From Patescibacteria group bacterium (GTDB taxonomy: Bacteria > Patescibacteriota > Patescibacteriia > UBA10025 > JAHIVO01): DNA of 64,000 nucleotides. Below the pieces are notes generated by a model. It ran no database searches. It was not told where the DNA came from and saw only the letters and a list, made by a program, of their open reading frames with translations. Of this stretch, positions 9,223 to 20,986 are shown one piece after another (within the stretch, counting starts at the first letter, position 1; every line of letters begins with the position of its first letter). A program made the translations under genes and the position numbers. The DNA lies in the NCBI GenBank assembly GCA_041660605.1, contig JBAZWB010000001.1, forward strand, positions 73,295-137,294, given 5' to 3'.

Positions 9223-12200
9223 ATGCCCTCATCAAATAGAAAACGTTTTTCAGAAATTCCTTCTGCCATCAACCTGCCTGACCTGATAGTCGTACAAAAA
9301 ACTTCATACAATTGGTTGGTTAAAGAAGGCCTAAGAGAGCTTTTTGAAGAGGTCTCGCCCATAAAAGATTTTATCGGGCGTGATTTAGAATTATATTTGC
9401 AGAATTATTATTTTGACGAGCCGCGCTTCGATGAGGTGACCGCCAAGGCGAAGAATGTGACTTTTGAGGCCGCCTTGCGCGTGGAAACCAAGCTGGTCAA
9501 TAAAAAGACCGGAGAAATAAAAGAGCAGGAAGTTTATCTCGGCGATTTTCCTCTGATGACTGATCGGGGCACTTTTGTCATTAACGGCATCGAACGCGTA
9601 GTGGTCAGCCAGCTGATACGTTCAGCTGGTGTTTTTTTTACTTCAGAAGTGCTGCGCGGCCGCCGCTATTACGGCGCGAAAATCATTCCTAACCGCGGCG
9701 CCTGGCTGGAGATTGAGACGGACGCCAACAACGTTATCTTCGTAAAAATAGACAGAAAAAGGAAAGTGCCGATTACCTCCCTGTTGCGGGCTTTCAGCTT
9801 CGGATCAGACGAGGAAATCAAAAGCCTCTTTGCCGAGGCCGATAACCATCGTGAAAATAAATACATTGAATCCACTTTAGCCAAAGACACTTCGAGAAAT
9901 GAGGCTGAGGGCCTGCGGGAAGTATATAAAAGAATCAGGCCGGGCGATCTGGCCACGGTTGATAATGCCCGCGATCTGATCTATAAAATGTTTTTCAGCT
10001 TTGACCGGTATGATTTCGGCCGGGTGGGCCGTTACAAGCTAAACCAGCGTTTCGGCTTCACCTTCGCCAATAAAAAGGAATTCCGAGTTTTACAAAAAGA
10101 AGATCTAGTGGAAATAATCCGGGAAGTCATCCGCCTGAATAATTCACAGAAAGATGCCGACGACATTGACCATCTGGGCAACCGCCGCGTCAGGGCCATC
10201 GGCGAATTGGTGCAGAATAAATTCCGTATCGGCTTGGCGCGCATGGAGAGGATAGTCAAAGACCGGATGAGCACGCTGGATATCAATACGCTGACGCCGA
10301 ACCAGCTGATTAACGCCCGTCCGATCATCGGAGCGGTCAAAGAATTTTTCATGTCCTCCCAACTTTCCCAGTTTATGGACCAGACCAATCCTCTGGCCGA
10401 GCTGGAGCACAAGCGGCGCTTGTCGGCCATGGGTCCCGGCGGTTTATCAAGGGAGCGCGCCGGCTTTGACGTTCGCGACGTGCATCGCACGCATTATGGA
10501 CGCATCTGTCCCATTGCCACGCCAGAGGGACCGAACATCGGATTGGTCGGGCATTTGTCCTGCTTCGCCAGGATCAATGAATATGGATTCATCGAAACGC
10601 CTTTCCGCAAAATTATCCACGATCCGGAAAATAAAGCCTCGTTGATTGAGAGTGAAATTCTCCGCCAAGATATAAAAGATAGCAATGGAAATGTAATCGG
10701 CAAAGCCGGAGAAAAGATTTCCAAGGAAAAAGCCAAAGAACTGGAAAAAAGCGGATTAAAAACGATACCCGTCAAGCCCCGCGTGACCAATGAAATTGAA
10801 TACCTCGATGCTTTTATAGAAGAAAAATACGTTACTACCGCTGCGACTACGCCGATTGACGAGCAGGGCTATTTTTTCCAGGATAAAGCCGAAGTGCGGC
10901 TGCACGGCGAACCGACCCTGGATCACGTCTGGCGTGTTGATTTTATGGATGTCGCGCCTTTTCAGATAATCAGCGTCACTACTGCCTTGATCCCATTCCT
11001 CGAGCATGATGATGCCGTCAGGGCATTGATGGGCTCGAATATGCAGAGACAAGCAGTGCCATGCATCACACCCCAGGCGCCTTTGGTCGGCACGGGAGTA
11101 GAGGGCAAGGCGGCCGGTGATTCCGGGCAGGTAATAGTCTGCCAGGAAAACGGTAAAATTGTCAGAGTCGACTCAGATGAGATTCATGTCTTGTCCGATA
11201 CCGGTAAAGTGCATAAGTATCAATTGAATAAATTTGTCCGTTCCAACGCCTCCACTTGCATTAACCAGCGGCCGATAGTCGATAAAAACCAGGTTGTCAA
11301 AAAAGGGGAAACGCTGGCTGACGGCCCGGCCACTGACGGCGGAGAACTGGCGCTAGGACAAAATATTTTAGTGGCGTTCATGGCCTGGGAAGGCGGCAAT
11401 TTTGAAGATGCCATCCTGATTTCCGAGAGATTGGTGCAGAATGACCGCTTCACTTCCATACATATAGAAGATTATACGGTGGACATCCGCGACACCAAGC
11501 TGGGGCCGGAAGTGGTGACCAGGGACATTCCCAATATCGGCGAAGAGAAACTGAAAGATCTGGACGATGAAGGCGTGGTGCGCATCGGCGCGGAAGTTTC
11601 CTCCGGCGACATTTTAGTCGGCAAAATTACTCCCAAAGGAGAAACTGAGTTGTCAGCCGAGGAAAAATTATTGCGGGCGATTTTCGGAGAAAAAGCCAAA
11701 GACGTCAAGGACAGCTCTCTTTATCTGGAGCACGGGGAACACGGCAAAGTCGTTGACATCAAAATATTCTCACGAGAGCGCGGCGATAAATTATCTTCGG
11801 GAATTTTGAAGAGCATACAGGTTTCCGTCGCTCAGCTGCGCAAATTGCAGGTCGGCGACAAAATGGCCGGCCGACATGGAAATAAAGGCGTTATTTCGCG
11901 CATTGTGGCTGAGGAAGACATGCCCTATATGGCTGATGGCACGCCAGTTGGCATTATATTAAATCCGTTAGGCGTGGCCTCCCGTATGAATATCGGTCAG
12001 ATTTTAGAAACACATTTAGGCATGGCTGCTCATAAACTTAACTATACAGTGGCCAGCCCGGCACTGAACGGGGTGCCGGAAAAAGACATACACGATGAAT
12101 TGGAAAAAGCCGGTTTTCCCCGGAGCGGCAAAATAACCCTGTATGACGGACGGACAGGAGAGGCCTTTGATCACCAAGTAACGGTCGGCTACATATATAT

Positions 12201-12585
12201 GATGAAGCTCAACCATATGGTTGAAGATAAAATGCATATGCGTTCTATCGGCCCTTATTCGCTGGTTACCCAGCAGCCTCTGGGCGGCAAAGCTCAGTTC
12301 GGCGGCCAGAGATTCGGTGAAATGGAAGTCTGGGCGCTGGAAGCCTATGGCGCTGCATATACTTTGCAGGAAATGCTGACTATCAAGTCCGATGACGTGC
12401 CCGGGCGTTCAAAAGCTTATGAGGCCATCATAAAAGGCGAACCAATCCGAAAAATTAACATACCGGAATCATTTAACGTCCTGGTCAGGGAGCTGAAAGG
12501 CTTGTGTCTGGACGTGGAATTAATCGGCGGCACGGAAGAGCCTGTAGACGGGGAGTTTAAGAAAAGTAAAGAGGAGAAAAAATAA
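9223..12585 (+). CDS. rpoB: RNA polymerase beta subunit
   Basis: [46 protein letters not shown]. Confidence 0.99.
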   Translation: MPSSNRKRFSEIPSAINLPDLIVVQKTSYNWLVKEGLRELFEEVSPIKDFIGRDLELYLQNYYFDEPRFDEVTAKAKNVTFEAALRVETKLVNKKTGEIKEQEVYLGDFPLMTDRGTFVINGIERVVVSQLIRSAGVFFTSEVLRGRRYYGAKIIPNRGAWLEIETDANNVIFVKIDRKRKVPITSLLRAFSFGSDEEIKSLFAEADNHRENKYIESTLAKDTSRNEAEGLREVYKRIRPGDLATVDNARDLIYKMFFSFDRYDFGRVGRYKLNQRFGFTFANKKEFRVLQKEDLVEIIREVIRLNNSQKDADDIDHLGNRRVRAIGELVQNKFRIGLARMERIVKDRMSTLDINTLTPNQLINARPIIGAVKEFFMSSQLSQFMDQTNPLAELEHKRRLSAMGPGGLSRERAGFDVRDVHRTHYGRICPIATPEGPNIGLVGHLSCFARINEYGFIETPFRKIIHDPENKASLIESEILRQDIKDSNGNVIGKAGEKISKEKAKELEKSGLKTIPVKPRVTNEIEYLDAFIEEKYVTTAATTPIDEQGYFFQDKAEVRLHGEPTLDHVWRVDFMDVAPFQIISVTTALIPFLEHDDAVRALMGSNMQRQAVPCITPQAPLVGTGVEGKAAGDSGQVIVCQENGKIVRVDSDEIHVLSDTGKVHKYQLNKFVRSNASTCINQRPIVDKNQVVKKGETLADGPATDGGELALGQNILVAFMAWEGGNFEDAILISERLVQNDRFTSIHIEDYTVDIRDTKLGPEVVTRDIPNIGEEKLKDLDDEGVVRIGAEVSSGDILVGKITPKGETELSAEEKLLRAIFGEKAKDVKDSSLYLEHGEHGKVVDIKIFSRERGDKLSSGILKSIQVSVAQLRKLQVGDKMAGRHGNKGVISRIVAEEDMPYMADGTPVGIILNPLGVASRMNIGQILETHLGMAAHKLNYTVASPALNGVPEKDIHDELEKAGFPRSGKITLYDGRTGEAFDHQVTVGYIYMMKLNHMVEDKMHMRSIGPYSLVTQQPLGGKAQFGGQRFGEMEVWALEAYGAAYTLQEMLTIKSDDVPGRSKAYEAIIKGEPIRKINIPESFNVLVRELKGLCLDVELIGGTEEPVDGEFKKSKEEKK

Positions 12586-12588
12586 TTT

Positions 12589-15500
12589 ATGCCAATGGAC
12601 AATAATACAAAAACGGTGGATTTCAAGGCGATTCGTCTGAAGCTGGCTTCACCCGAAAATATTTTGCAATGGTCGCACGGCGAAGTTTTAAAGCCGGAAA
12701 CCATAAATTACCGCACGCAAAAACCGGAAAAAGACGGTTTATTCTGCGAGCGGATTTTTGGTCCGGTTAAAGACTGGGAATGCTACTGCGGAAAATACAA
12801 GAAAGTCAGATACAAAGGCATAATCTGCGACAAATGCGGAGTCGAGGTGACGCGCAGCATCGTGCGCCGCGAACGCATGGGTCATATCAAGCTGGCGGTG
12901 CCCGTCTCCCATATCTGGTTCTTGCGCGGGGTGCCCTCGAAGATCGGGCTGATCCTCGACTTGTCCATTCAGGATCTGGAAAAAGTAATTTATTTCGCAA
13001 ATTTTATTATTACCAAAGTTGACGATAATCTGCGCGAAGAGACGCTGAAACAGATTGACGCAGAGTATCAGGCCAAGAAAAAAAGCATTGAAGGCGAATT
13101 TATAAAAGTATCCAATGACATCAAGCAGAAAAAGGTAGAGAGGGCCGCCAGCCAGAAAGAAGGCGCTAAGGCCAAGGAGATAGACAAGGAATTGGAGCGC
13201 GAATTGGTCGCCAACAGCGAATTGCGCGAGGAAAAATTGAAAGATTTATCAGAGGCGGTGGATTTAGCCAAGAAAGAGCTGAGAAATCTTAAACCGATGC
13301 AGATTATTTCCGAGCAGATCTATCGGGATCTTTCCCTGAAATATGGCCATGTTTTTGAGGCTAATATTGGCGCTGAAGCAGTCAGTGAATTATTAAAAGA
13401 AATTGACTTAGATGCAAAAATAGAAGAATTGGAAAAGGAAATTCTGGAATCTCCGGACAGCAAGCGGCGACGGCTGATCAGGCGATTAAAATTATATAAG
13501 AGCTTCAAAATAAATAAATTCAGGCCAGAATGGATGATCCTGAATATTGTTCCGGTCATTCCTCCGGATTTACGGCCAATGGTGCAGCTGGACGGCGGAA
13601 GATTTGCCGCCTCTGATTTGAATGATTTATACCGGCGCGTGATCAACAGGAATAATCGTCTGAAAAGATTGATTACCCTTAACGCACCCGAGGTGATCAG
13701 CCGCAACGAGAAGAGAATGCTGCAGGAAGCGGTTGATGCGCTGATTGACAATAACGCCAGGCACGGAAAAACCGTGACTGCCTCCACTGGGCAGAAAAGA
13801 ATGCTTAAATCAATCGCCGATATACTGAAAGGCAAGCAGGGCCGTTTCCGGCAGAATTTACTGGGCAAACGCGTTGATTATTCCGGACGTTCGGTTATTG
13901 TTGTCGGCCCTCATTTGAATCTCGGCCAGTGCGGTCTGCCGAAGCGTATGGCTTTGGAGCTTTTCAAACCATTTATTATCAGTCAATTAATCAAGCGCGA
14001 ATACGTTCACAATGTCAGAAGCGCCGGACGTTTCATAGAATCCGGCCGTCCTGAAGTTTGGGACATCCTGGAAGAAGTGACTAAGAATGCTTTTGTTCTT
14101 CTGAATCGCGCTCCAACTTTGCACCGTTTAGGCATCCAGGCTTTTCGTCCTGTACTGATAGAAGGCAAGGCTATTCAGGTCCATCCTTTGGTTTGCACCG
14201 CTTTTAACGCGGATTTTGACGGCGATCAAATGGCTGTCCATGTACCGTTAACGGAAAATGCCAAGAAAGAGGCAGAGACGATTATTGCTTCGGTAAATAA
14301 TCTGCTGAAGCCGGCGACCGGCGTGCCGGTAACTTCGCCGACTCAGGATATTGTTCTGGGCTGTTATTACCTTACCTTGCTCAAAGAAACGCCGGATGAT
14401 AAGTTAAAATATTTTTCTTCCATTGACGAAGCCATCATGGCCTATCAATTACGGACTATCCATATTCAGGACAAGATAAAAGTAGAAATTGACAATGAAT
14501 TGATAGCTACTTCCGCCGGGCGGATAATTTTTAACAGCATTTTTTCCAAAGAAGTTGATTTTATTAATGAAGTGATGGACCGCAAGTCGCTGTCCAAGCT
14601 CGTCGGCAATTTTTTAACCCGTTTTGGGAACGAAAAAACAGTGATATTGCTTGATTCCATAAAAGCTTTAGCTTTCAAATATTTGACTTACTCAGGATTA
14701 AGCTGGGGTATGGATGATTTAGTGACCCCGGCGGCCAAAAAAGACATTATCAAAGAAGCAGAAGTAAAGAATGAGGAAATTCAGTCGCATTTTGACCAGG
14801 GTTTGCTGACGGAAGAAGAGCGGCATATGAAGATTATTGAGGTTTGGGCGCAGGCTAAGGATCAGATACAGAAAGTCAGCCGTGATTCATTGGACCGGGA
14901 CGGTTCGGTGTTTTCCATGATTGAGTCAGGAGCCCGCGGTTCGTGGGCACAGACCACGCAGATGATGGGCATGAAAGGCCTGGTTACCAATCCAGCCGGC
15001 GATACCATCGAATTGCCGGTCAAAGGCAGCTTTAAGGAAGGCTTTGAGGTTTTGGAATATTTTATTTCCACTCACGGCGCGCGCAAAGGCTTGTCGGATA
15101 CGGCCTTGAGGACCGCTAACGCCGGTTATCTGACCAGGCGCTTGGTGGACGTCAGTCAGGATACGTTGATTACCATTGAAGATTGCGGTGAAAAAAACGG
15201 CATTGAGCTGACCAGGAAGGCCAGCGAAGAAGCCGGAGAAGTGCTGGAAGACAGGGTGGTTGGCCGTGCCGCGGCAGAAGACATTATCAATCCCAAAACC
15301 AAGAAAATGATTTTGAAGAAAGGTGAAATAATTACAGAAGACCTCCTGCCGAAAATTGAGAAGTTAAAATTGGATAAAATAAACGTACGCTCTGTGCTTC
15401 GCTGTCAGGCGCACTGGGGAGTTTGCCAAAAATGCTACGGTTATGATCTGGCCTTCAATAGACTGGTCGAGCTGGGCGTGGCAGTCGGTATTATGGCCGC

Positions 15501-16455
15501 GCAAAGCATAGGCGAGCCGGGCACTCAGCTGACCATGAGGACTTTCCATACTGGCGGCGTGGCGGGCAAGGACATTACCCAGGGTTTGCCGCGGGTAGAA
15601 GAGATTTTTGAAGCCAGACCGATTCGCCGGCCGGCCATTCTCGCAGGCGTCACCGGCCAGGTAAAAGTGATAGATGAGGATAGGAACAATAAGCAGGTGG
15701 TTATCAGCTACAAAGACGTTGAAGAAGTAAAGTATTCCATTAAAAAGGATAAGAAGAAATCCGTACTTAAAGTGAAAGAAGGCGACAAGGTAAAGGTTGA
15801 CCAGGTGCTGTTATTGATGAATGAAAAAGAAATTCTTTCGAAATCTTCCGGCCAGGTCAGAATTTCCGGCGATGAATTAATGGTTGCCTCGGAAAAAATA
15901 AAGGAAAAAGAATATGCCATACCTCCGGGACAGTCAATCTGGGTAAAAAATGGGGAATTAGTGAATCGCGGAGACCAGCTGACCGACGGCAGCCTGGATT
16001 TGCATCAGATTTTCTATCTGCAGGGACAGGAATCGGTTGAACGCTATGTCATCAAGGAGATCCAATATATTTATTCTTCCCAGGGGCAGAAATTAAATGA
16101 TAAGCACATAGAAATGATTGTCCGCCAGATGTTTTCCCGTATTTACATCAAGGAACCAGGCGATAGCAATTTCCTTTCCGGCGAAGTAGTAGAAAAGAAT
16201 AAATTTTTGGAGATCAACCAGGAGATTAAAAAGAAATCCGGCAAACCGGCAATCGGCGAGCAGTTATTATTGGGTATCACCAAAGCTTCATTGTCGATCG
16301 ATAGCTTCCTTTCCGCCGCTTCTTTCCAGGAAACAGCCAGAGTTTTGATCGATGCGGCTGTCTCCGGAAAAGTTGACCGACTGCGCGGCCTCAAGGAGAA
16401 TGTGATTATCGGCAAATTAATACCTGCCGGGACGGGCTTTAAAAAGCCTAAATAA
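12589..16455 (+). CDS. rpoC: RNA polymerase beta' subunit
   Basis: Zn-finger CYCGKYK...CDKCG, NADFDGD, EPGTQLTMRTFH. Confidence 0.99.
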   Translation: MPMDNNTKTVDFKAIRLKLASPENILQWSHGEVLKPETINYRTQKPEKDGLFCERIFGPVKDWECYCGKYKKVRYKGIICDKCGVEVTRSIVRRERMGHIKLAVPVSHIWFLRGVPSKIGLILDLSIQDLEKVIYFANFIITKVDDNLREETLKQIDAEYQAKKKSIEGEFIKVSNDIKQKKVERAASQKEGAKAKEIDKELERELVANSELREEKLKDLSEAVDLAKKELRNLKPMQIISEQIYRDLSLKYGHVFEANIGAEAVSELLKEIDLDAKIEELEKEILESPDSKRRRLIRRLKLYKSFKINKFRPEWMILNIVPVIPPDLRPMVQLDGGRFAASDLNDLYRRVINRNNRLKRLITLNAPEVISRNEKRMLQEAVDALIDNNARHGKTVTASTGQKRMLKSIADILKGKQGRFRQNLLGKRVDYSGRSVIVVGPHLNLGQCGLPKRMALELFKPFIISQLIKREYVHNVRSAGRFIESGRPEVWDILEEVTKNAFVLLNRAPTLHRLGIQAFRPVLIEGKAIQVHPLVCTAFNADFDGDQMAVHVPLTENAKKEAETIIASVNNLLKPATGVPVTSPTQDIVLGCYYLTLLKETPDDKLKYFSSIDEAIMAYQLRTIHIQDKIKVEIDNELIATSAGRIIFNSIFSKEVDFINEVMDRKSLSKLVGNFLTRFGNEKTVILLDSIKALAFKYLTYSGLSWGMDDLVTPAAKKDIIKEAEVKNEEIQSHFDQGLLTEEERHMKIIEVWAQAKDQIQKVSRDSLDRDGSVFSMIESGARGSWAQTTQMMGMKGLVTNPAGDTIELPVKGSFKEGFEVLEYFISTHGARKGLSDTALRTANAGYLTRRLVDVSQDTLITIEDCGEKNGIELTRKASEEAGEVLEDRVVGRAAAEDIINPKTKKMILKKGEIITEDLLPKIEKLKLDKINVRSVLRCQAHWGVCQKCYGYDLAFNRLVELGVAVGIMAAQSIGEPGTQLTMRTFHTGGVAGKDITQGLPRVEEIFEARPIRRPAILAGVTGQVKVIDEDRNNKQVVISYKDVEEVKYSIKKDKKKSVLKVKEGDKVKVDQVLLLMNEKEILSKSSGQVRISGDELMVASEKIKEKEYAIPPGQSIWVKNGELVNRGDQLTDGSLDLHQIFYLQGQESVERYVIKEIQYIYSSQGQKLNDKHIEMIVRQMFSRIYIKEPGDSNFLSGEVVEKNKFLEINQEIKKKSGKPAIGEQLLLGITKASLSIDSFLSAASFQETARVLIDAAVSGKVDRLRGLKENVIIGKLIPAGTGFKKPK

Positions 16456-16547
16456 CCGCTGTTTTTTATCCCCAATTAGACCTTCCCATTGAATGCAAGA
16501 AGGAGTTTTTGGTTTATAAATTGTCCCCCTTCGGGTGACGGGCGTAG

Positions 16548-16590
16548 GGTGATAATCTGTAATAAGTGACTGGTAATGAGTAAAAGGCAG
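16548..16590. repeat. Short degenerate heptamer tandem tract
   Basis: ggtgata atctgta ataagtg actggta atgagta aaaggc, ~7-nt periodicity. Confidence 0.4.
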
Positions 16591-16664
16591 CAATTGATTT
16601 TTATGCAAAAAAATGTTAAAATCTAATCACCTAAAATAACTTAATTATTCGTTGTTTTATTAAA

Positions 16665-18953
16665 GTGAGAAAAGAAAAGAAAAAATATCTTCAAAAATAT
16701 AAAAAAGAAGCCAGCCGGGAAATTAATGATAAACCGCAGTTGACGGAAGCCAGGCCTTATTTAAAATCAGATACCAAAAAAGGTATTTTAATAGTTTTGG
16801 TTATAACCTTGGCGGTTATTTCATGCCTGAGCCTTTTTGGGTTGGCCGGCAGGTTCGGACAGGCAATTGATACCGGGTTAAAGTATCTGCTAGGCTGGGG
16901 CAAGTTTATCCTGCCATTACTGCTGATAGCGCTGGCCTATTTCATTTCCCAGTCAAAAAAGGAGACGTTTCGCCTATCCAGTTATACCGGTTTGGGCCTT
17001 TTGGTTTTATGCTATTCTGCTTTAATCAGTCTTATTGCCTCATCTCCCGAAAGAATATCCAGCGACATTGCTGGTGGCAGAGGCGGCGGATATCTGGGCT
17101 TGGTGCTTTCCTACCCACTGGAGAAAATTATGGGCCCCTGGGCCACTGGCGTAATATTAGCCGCTCTTCTTTTGATAGCATTTTTAGTCTTGTTTGATGC
17201 CTCCCTAAAGCGTCTGTATTCCGGCGGTAATGTTTTCAGCAGAATGATGGAAAAATTCCGCGAATTTTTTTATAAATTAAAAACAAACATGAATACCACC
17301 GCCCAGGGTCCGGAAGATGGCGGTATTGGTGAGCCAGAGCCGCAGAGCTTTAATACCAAAGAGATAGGCTCTGAAGCGGTAGCAGCGCAACCCGGCGGCG
17401 AGTCCCCGGCTGTCCCGGCGGAAAATAAGACAACTGAAAAGCAGCTGGGAATGTTTGAAGGCGAGAAGCGGCATGTAATACGCAAAATTGAAATTCCCAT
17501 TGATCTTCTGGAATCTAGTAATACCAAGCCGACCAGCGGTGACATTGAAGTGCATAAGGAAAAAATTCATCAGACACTGAAAAATTTTGGCATTGATGTA
17601 GAGATGGGAGAGACTAAGGTTGGCCCGACCGTTACGCAGTACACATTGAAACCATCTGAGGGAGTAAAATTGTCCCAGATAACTACTTTGGGCAATGATC
17701 TGGCCCTGGCTCTGGCTGCCCATCCGATTCGTATTGAAGCGCCTATTCCCGGTAAATCGTTGGTTGGCATTGAAGTGCCGAATGAAGCCGTGGCCATAGT
17801 CAAATTAAAAGAGCTTTTGATGAGCAGTGAGTTCAAGAAAAGAAAGTCGAAGCTGACCGTGGCCTTGGGCAAGGATGTGGCCGGCCATACCTGGCTGGCG
17901 GATCTTGATCCCATGCCCCATTTGCTTATTGCCGGCGCTACCGGCTCGGGTAAGTCCGTCTGTTTGAACACTATTTTATTGAGCCTGCTCTATCAGAATT
18001 CCCCGGATGAACTGAAACTTATTTTAGTTGATCCAAAGAGAGTAGAGCTGACCGGCTATAATGATATTCCCCATCTACTGACCCCCGTGGTTACTGAAAC
18101 AAATAAAACCATCAATGCTTTACGCTGGGTAGTGGCGGAAATGGACAGAAGATTTGAAGTGCTGTCAAAATCCGGTCATCGCAACATCCAGTCTTATAAC
18201 CACGATAATGGCGGCTTAATGCCGTATCTGGTTTTAGCAATAGACGAATTGGCAGATTTAATGTCTGTAGCCGCCAATGAAGTGGAGGCGGCAATCATTA
18301 GATTGGCGCAAATGGCGCGGGCAGTCGGCATCCATCTAATCCTGGCGACGCAGCGCCCGTCAGTCGATATTATTACTGGATTGATCAAAGCCAATATTAC
18401 CTCGCGCATTGCTTTTTCCGTAGCCTCTCTGGTTGATTCGCGGACCATTTTGGATACTTCCGGCGCTGAAAAGTTGTTAGGCCGCGGCGATCTGCTCTAT
18501 ATTTCACCCCAGCTTTCAAAACCAAAACGCCTCCAGGGCGCGTATGTTAATGACCAAGAGATTTCGCGCGTACTGAATTATTTGAAGAGCCAGGCTAAGC
18601 CGGATTATGAGGAGCAGGTGACCAGCAAGGTGATTGACCGGACGCTGATCGGAAATTTTGAGGATCTGGCTGACGACGAATTAATTGACCAGGCGGAGGA
18701 GTTGGTTGTCAAGGCAGGCAAAGCCTCTGCTTCTTTTTTGCAGAGACGGCTGAGGATAGGCTATGCGCGCGCGGCCAGGATTCTTGATATTCTGGAAGAG
18801 CGGGGCGTTATCGGTCCGGGAGACGGCGCCAAGCCCAGGGACATATTGATTACCAGTGAGTCGCCTGCTGAAGATGAAAATTTTAAGGAAGATTTTGAAA
18901 ATGGCGAGGCGGCGGACAAAGAACAGGAAGCAGATGATGAGTTTCAGAAGTAA
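16665..18953 (+). CDS. ftsK: DNA translocase FtsK
   Basis: 4TM N-terminus, HLLIAGATGSGKS, IDELADLM, C-terminal gamma domain LQRRLRIGYARAAR. Confidence 0.97.
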   Translation: MRKEKKKYLQKYKKEASREINDKPQLTEARPYLKSDTKKGILIVLVITLAVISCLSLFGLAGRFGQAIDTGLKYLLGWGKFILPLLLIALAYFISQSKKETFRLSSYTGLGLLVLCYSALISLIASSPERISSDIAGGRGGGYLGLVLSYPLEKIMGPWATGVILAALLLIAFLVLFDASLKRLYSGGNVFSRMMEKFREFFYKLKTNMNTTAQGPEDGGIGEPEPQSFNTKEIGSEAVAAQPGGESPAVPAENKTTEKQLGMFEGEKRHVIRKIEIPIDLLESSNTKPTSGDIEVHKEKIHQTLKNFGIDVEMGETKVGPTVTQYTLKPSEGVKLSQITTLGNDLALALAAHPIRIEAPIPGKSLVGIEVPNEAVAIVKLKELLMSSEFKKRKSKLTVALGKDVAGHTWLADLDPMPHLLIAGATGSGKSVCLNTILLSLLYQNSPDELKLILVDPKRVELTGYNDIPHLLTPVVTETNKTINALRWVVAEMDRRFEVLSKSGHRNIQSYNHDNGGLMPYLVLAIDELADLMSVAANEVEAAIIRLAQMARAVGIHLILATQRPSVDIITGLIKANITSRIAFSVASLVDSRTILDTSGAEKLLGRGDLLYISPQLSKPKRLQGAYVNDQEISRVLNYLKSQAKPDYEEQVTSKVIDRTLIGNFEDLADDELIDQAEELVVKAGKASASFLQRRLRIGYARAARILDILEERGVIGPGDGAKPRDILITSESPAEDENFKEDFENGEAADKEQEADDEFQK

Positions 18954-18975
18954 TCGTTTTTTTGAAAAATAGCTT

Positions 18976-19653
18976 ATGCCAATATTTCAGAAACATTCAA
19001 TTGAAAGATCGAAAACCCTGGGCGAACGGCTGCAGAAAGTCAGGCGCGAATCCGGCATCGGCCTGGAAGAGGCCGAGAAGCAGACGGGCATAAAGAAAAA
19101 ATACTTGGAAGCGATTGAAAATGGGGAATATGGAATTTTACCGGGACCCGTTTATATCGAAAGTTTTTTAAAAAAATACGCGATTTTTTTAAATGTAAAT
19201 GAAGGATTAGTAATTGACATTTACCGTCAGCAGGAAAGGAAGATAATCAAAAAGAAATTCAAGCCTTCATTTGAGGCTTCCAGGCAGAAACTGCCGCAGC
19301 CGATTATCACCCCAAAAACTGTGCGTAAAGCCATAATAATTTTGATCATTCTCGCTTGCCTGACATATGTGGGCTTCGAAGTCGCCAAGATATTCTCTCC
19401 GCCGTTACTTACGATATCCAGCCCGTCGGACTTTTCCACTGTCACTCAGAATAATATCCAGGTGACCGGCAAAACCGCACCTGAAGCCCGCCTGACGATC
19501 AACGGCCGGGAGGTTTATCTGGAGAGTGATGGGTCGTTCACTGAAACGGTCAATCTGAAAGAAGACTTAAATGTCATTGAAATAACTGCCATCAAACAGC
19601 GCAGCAAGCCAACGACTGTTTTGCGAAATGTTTTTTTAAAAAATAATAATTAA
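18976..19653 (+). CDS. RodZ-like HTH protein with TM helix and C-terminal Ig-like domain
   Basis: [12 protein letters not shown]...YLEAIENG...LPGPVY...FLKKYA, then TM, then [13 protein letters not shown] Ig fold; follows ftsK. Confidence 0.8.
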   Translation: MPIFQKHSIERSKTLGERLQKVRRESGIGLEEAEKQTGIKKKYLEAIENGEYGILPGPVYIESFLKKYAIFLNVNEGLVIDIYRQQERKIIKKKFKPSFEASRQKLPQPIITPKTVRKAIIILIILACLTYVGFEVAKIFSPPLLTISSPSDFSTVTQNNIQVTGKTAPEARLTINGREVYLESDGSFTETVNLKEDLNVIEITAIKQRSKPTTVLRNVFLKNNN

Positions 19654-19670
19654 TTATTAATATTGTTTAT

Positions 19671-20726
19671 ATGCCCAAACCAAAAACAAAAGACTCTTCC
19701 CAGTCTATTAATCAAAAATCCCGCGCTGCCCAGGAAGCCATTGCCCAGATAAAAGAGCGATTTGGCGACGGCTCAATAATGAAGCTGGGGGAGGCGAAAA
19801 AAATCCAGGTAGATACTATACCAACCGGATGTTTATCATTGGATTTAGCCTTAGGCGTCGGCGGCGTACCGCGCGGCCGGATAATCGAAATTTACGGTCC
19901 GGAAGCGTCAGGCAAGACCACACTGGCCCAGTATATAGTCGCCTCAGTGCAAAGAATGGGAGGCACGGCAGCTTTTGTTGACGCCGAACACGCCCTTGAT
20001 CCGGAATACGCCAGGAAGATCGGGGTTAATATTGACGAATTGCTTATTTCCCAGCCTGATACCGGAGAGCAGGCTTTGGAAATTACGGAAACCTTGGTGC
20101 GCTCCAACGGCGTTGATGTGGTAGTGATTGATTCGGTGGCCGCCTTGACCCCGAAAGCTGAAATCGAGGGGGAGATGGGGGACCAGCACATGGGCCTGCA
20201 GGCCAGGCTGATGAGCCAAGCGCTGCGCAAGCTGGCCGCTATTGTCAGTAAGACAAAAACTGTAGTTATTTTTATCAATCAAACACGCATGAAAATCGGA
20301 GTATTCTTCGGCAATCCCGAAACTACCACCGGCGGTATGGCCCTGAAATTTTATTCTTCGGTACGCATCGAGGTGCGCCGCTCAGCCCAGATAAAAAAAG
20401 GCGACGAATCCATCGGTAACCGGGTGAAAGTAAAAATTGTGAAGAATAAAGTGGCGCCGCCGTTCCGGACTACGGAATTTGACATTATGTACAACGAGGG
20501 CATTTCAATCGGCGGGGACGCGCTGGATACCGGAGTATTGAAAAAAGTAGTAGTAAAAAACGGCAACACTTTTACATTCGGGGAGATTAAGCTCGGTGTT
20601 GGGCGTGAGGCCGCCAGATTATTTCTGAAGCAGAATCCAAAAGTAATTGAGGAAATAAAGAAAAAAGTGTTTGAAGCGGTAGAAAGGGAAGAGATGGAAA
20701 AGGAAAAGGCGGAAAAGAGCATATAA
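19671..20726 (+). CDS. recA: Recombinase A
   Basis: [33 protein letters not shown]. Confidence 0.99.
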   Translation: MPKPKTKDSSQSINQKSRAAQEAIAQIKERFGDGSIMKLGEAKKIQVDTIPTGCLSLDLALGVGGVPRGRIIEIYGPEASGKTTLAQYIVASVQRMGGTAAFVDAEHALDPEYARKIGVNIDELLISQPDTGEQALEITETLVRSNGVDVVVIDSVAALTPKAEIEGEMGDQHMGLQARLMSQALRKLAAIVSKTKTVVIFINQTRMKIGVFFGNPETTTGGMALKFYSSVRIEVRRSAQIKKGDESIGNRVKVKIVKNKVAPPFRTTEFDIMYNEGISIGGDALDTGVLKKVVVKNGNTFTFGEIKLGVGREAARLFLKQNPKVIEEIKKKVFEAVEREEMEKEKAEKSI

Positions 20727-20741
20727 TTTTTGTAGATTATA

Positions 20742-20773
20742 AACTACCTTCGAATTTGTCGGAGGTAGTTTTT
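20742..20773 (+). terminator. Rho-independent terminator
   Basis: aactaccttcga...tcggaggtagtt followed by T-run. Confidence 0.75.
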
Positions 20774-20986
20774 GGTCAGAATATATTGACAAATGTCCAA
20801 AAATAAGCTATAATTAGCATATAATTTAAACAAAAATTAAATATTTTTTAAATTGACTTTTCTTGGGGGTGAAAAAAGAGAGAAAAGCAAAGCGGAAAAT
20901 TCATCAATTTTTCATTTTTTTGTTAATTAAGCCACTAGATGGCTTTTTTGTTTATATAATATTTAAATCAAAATAAGGAAAAAACT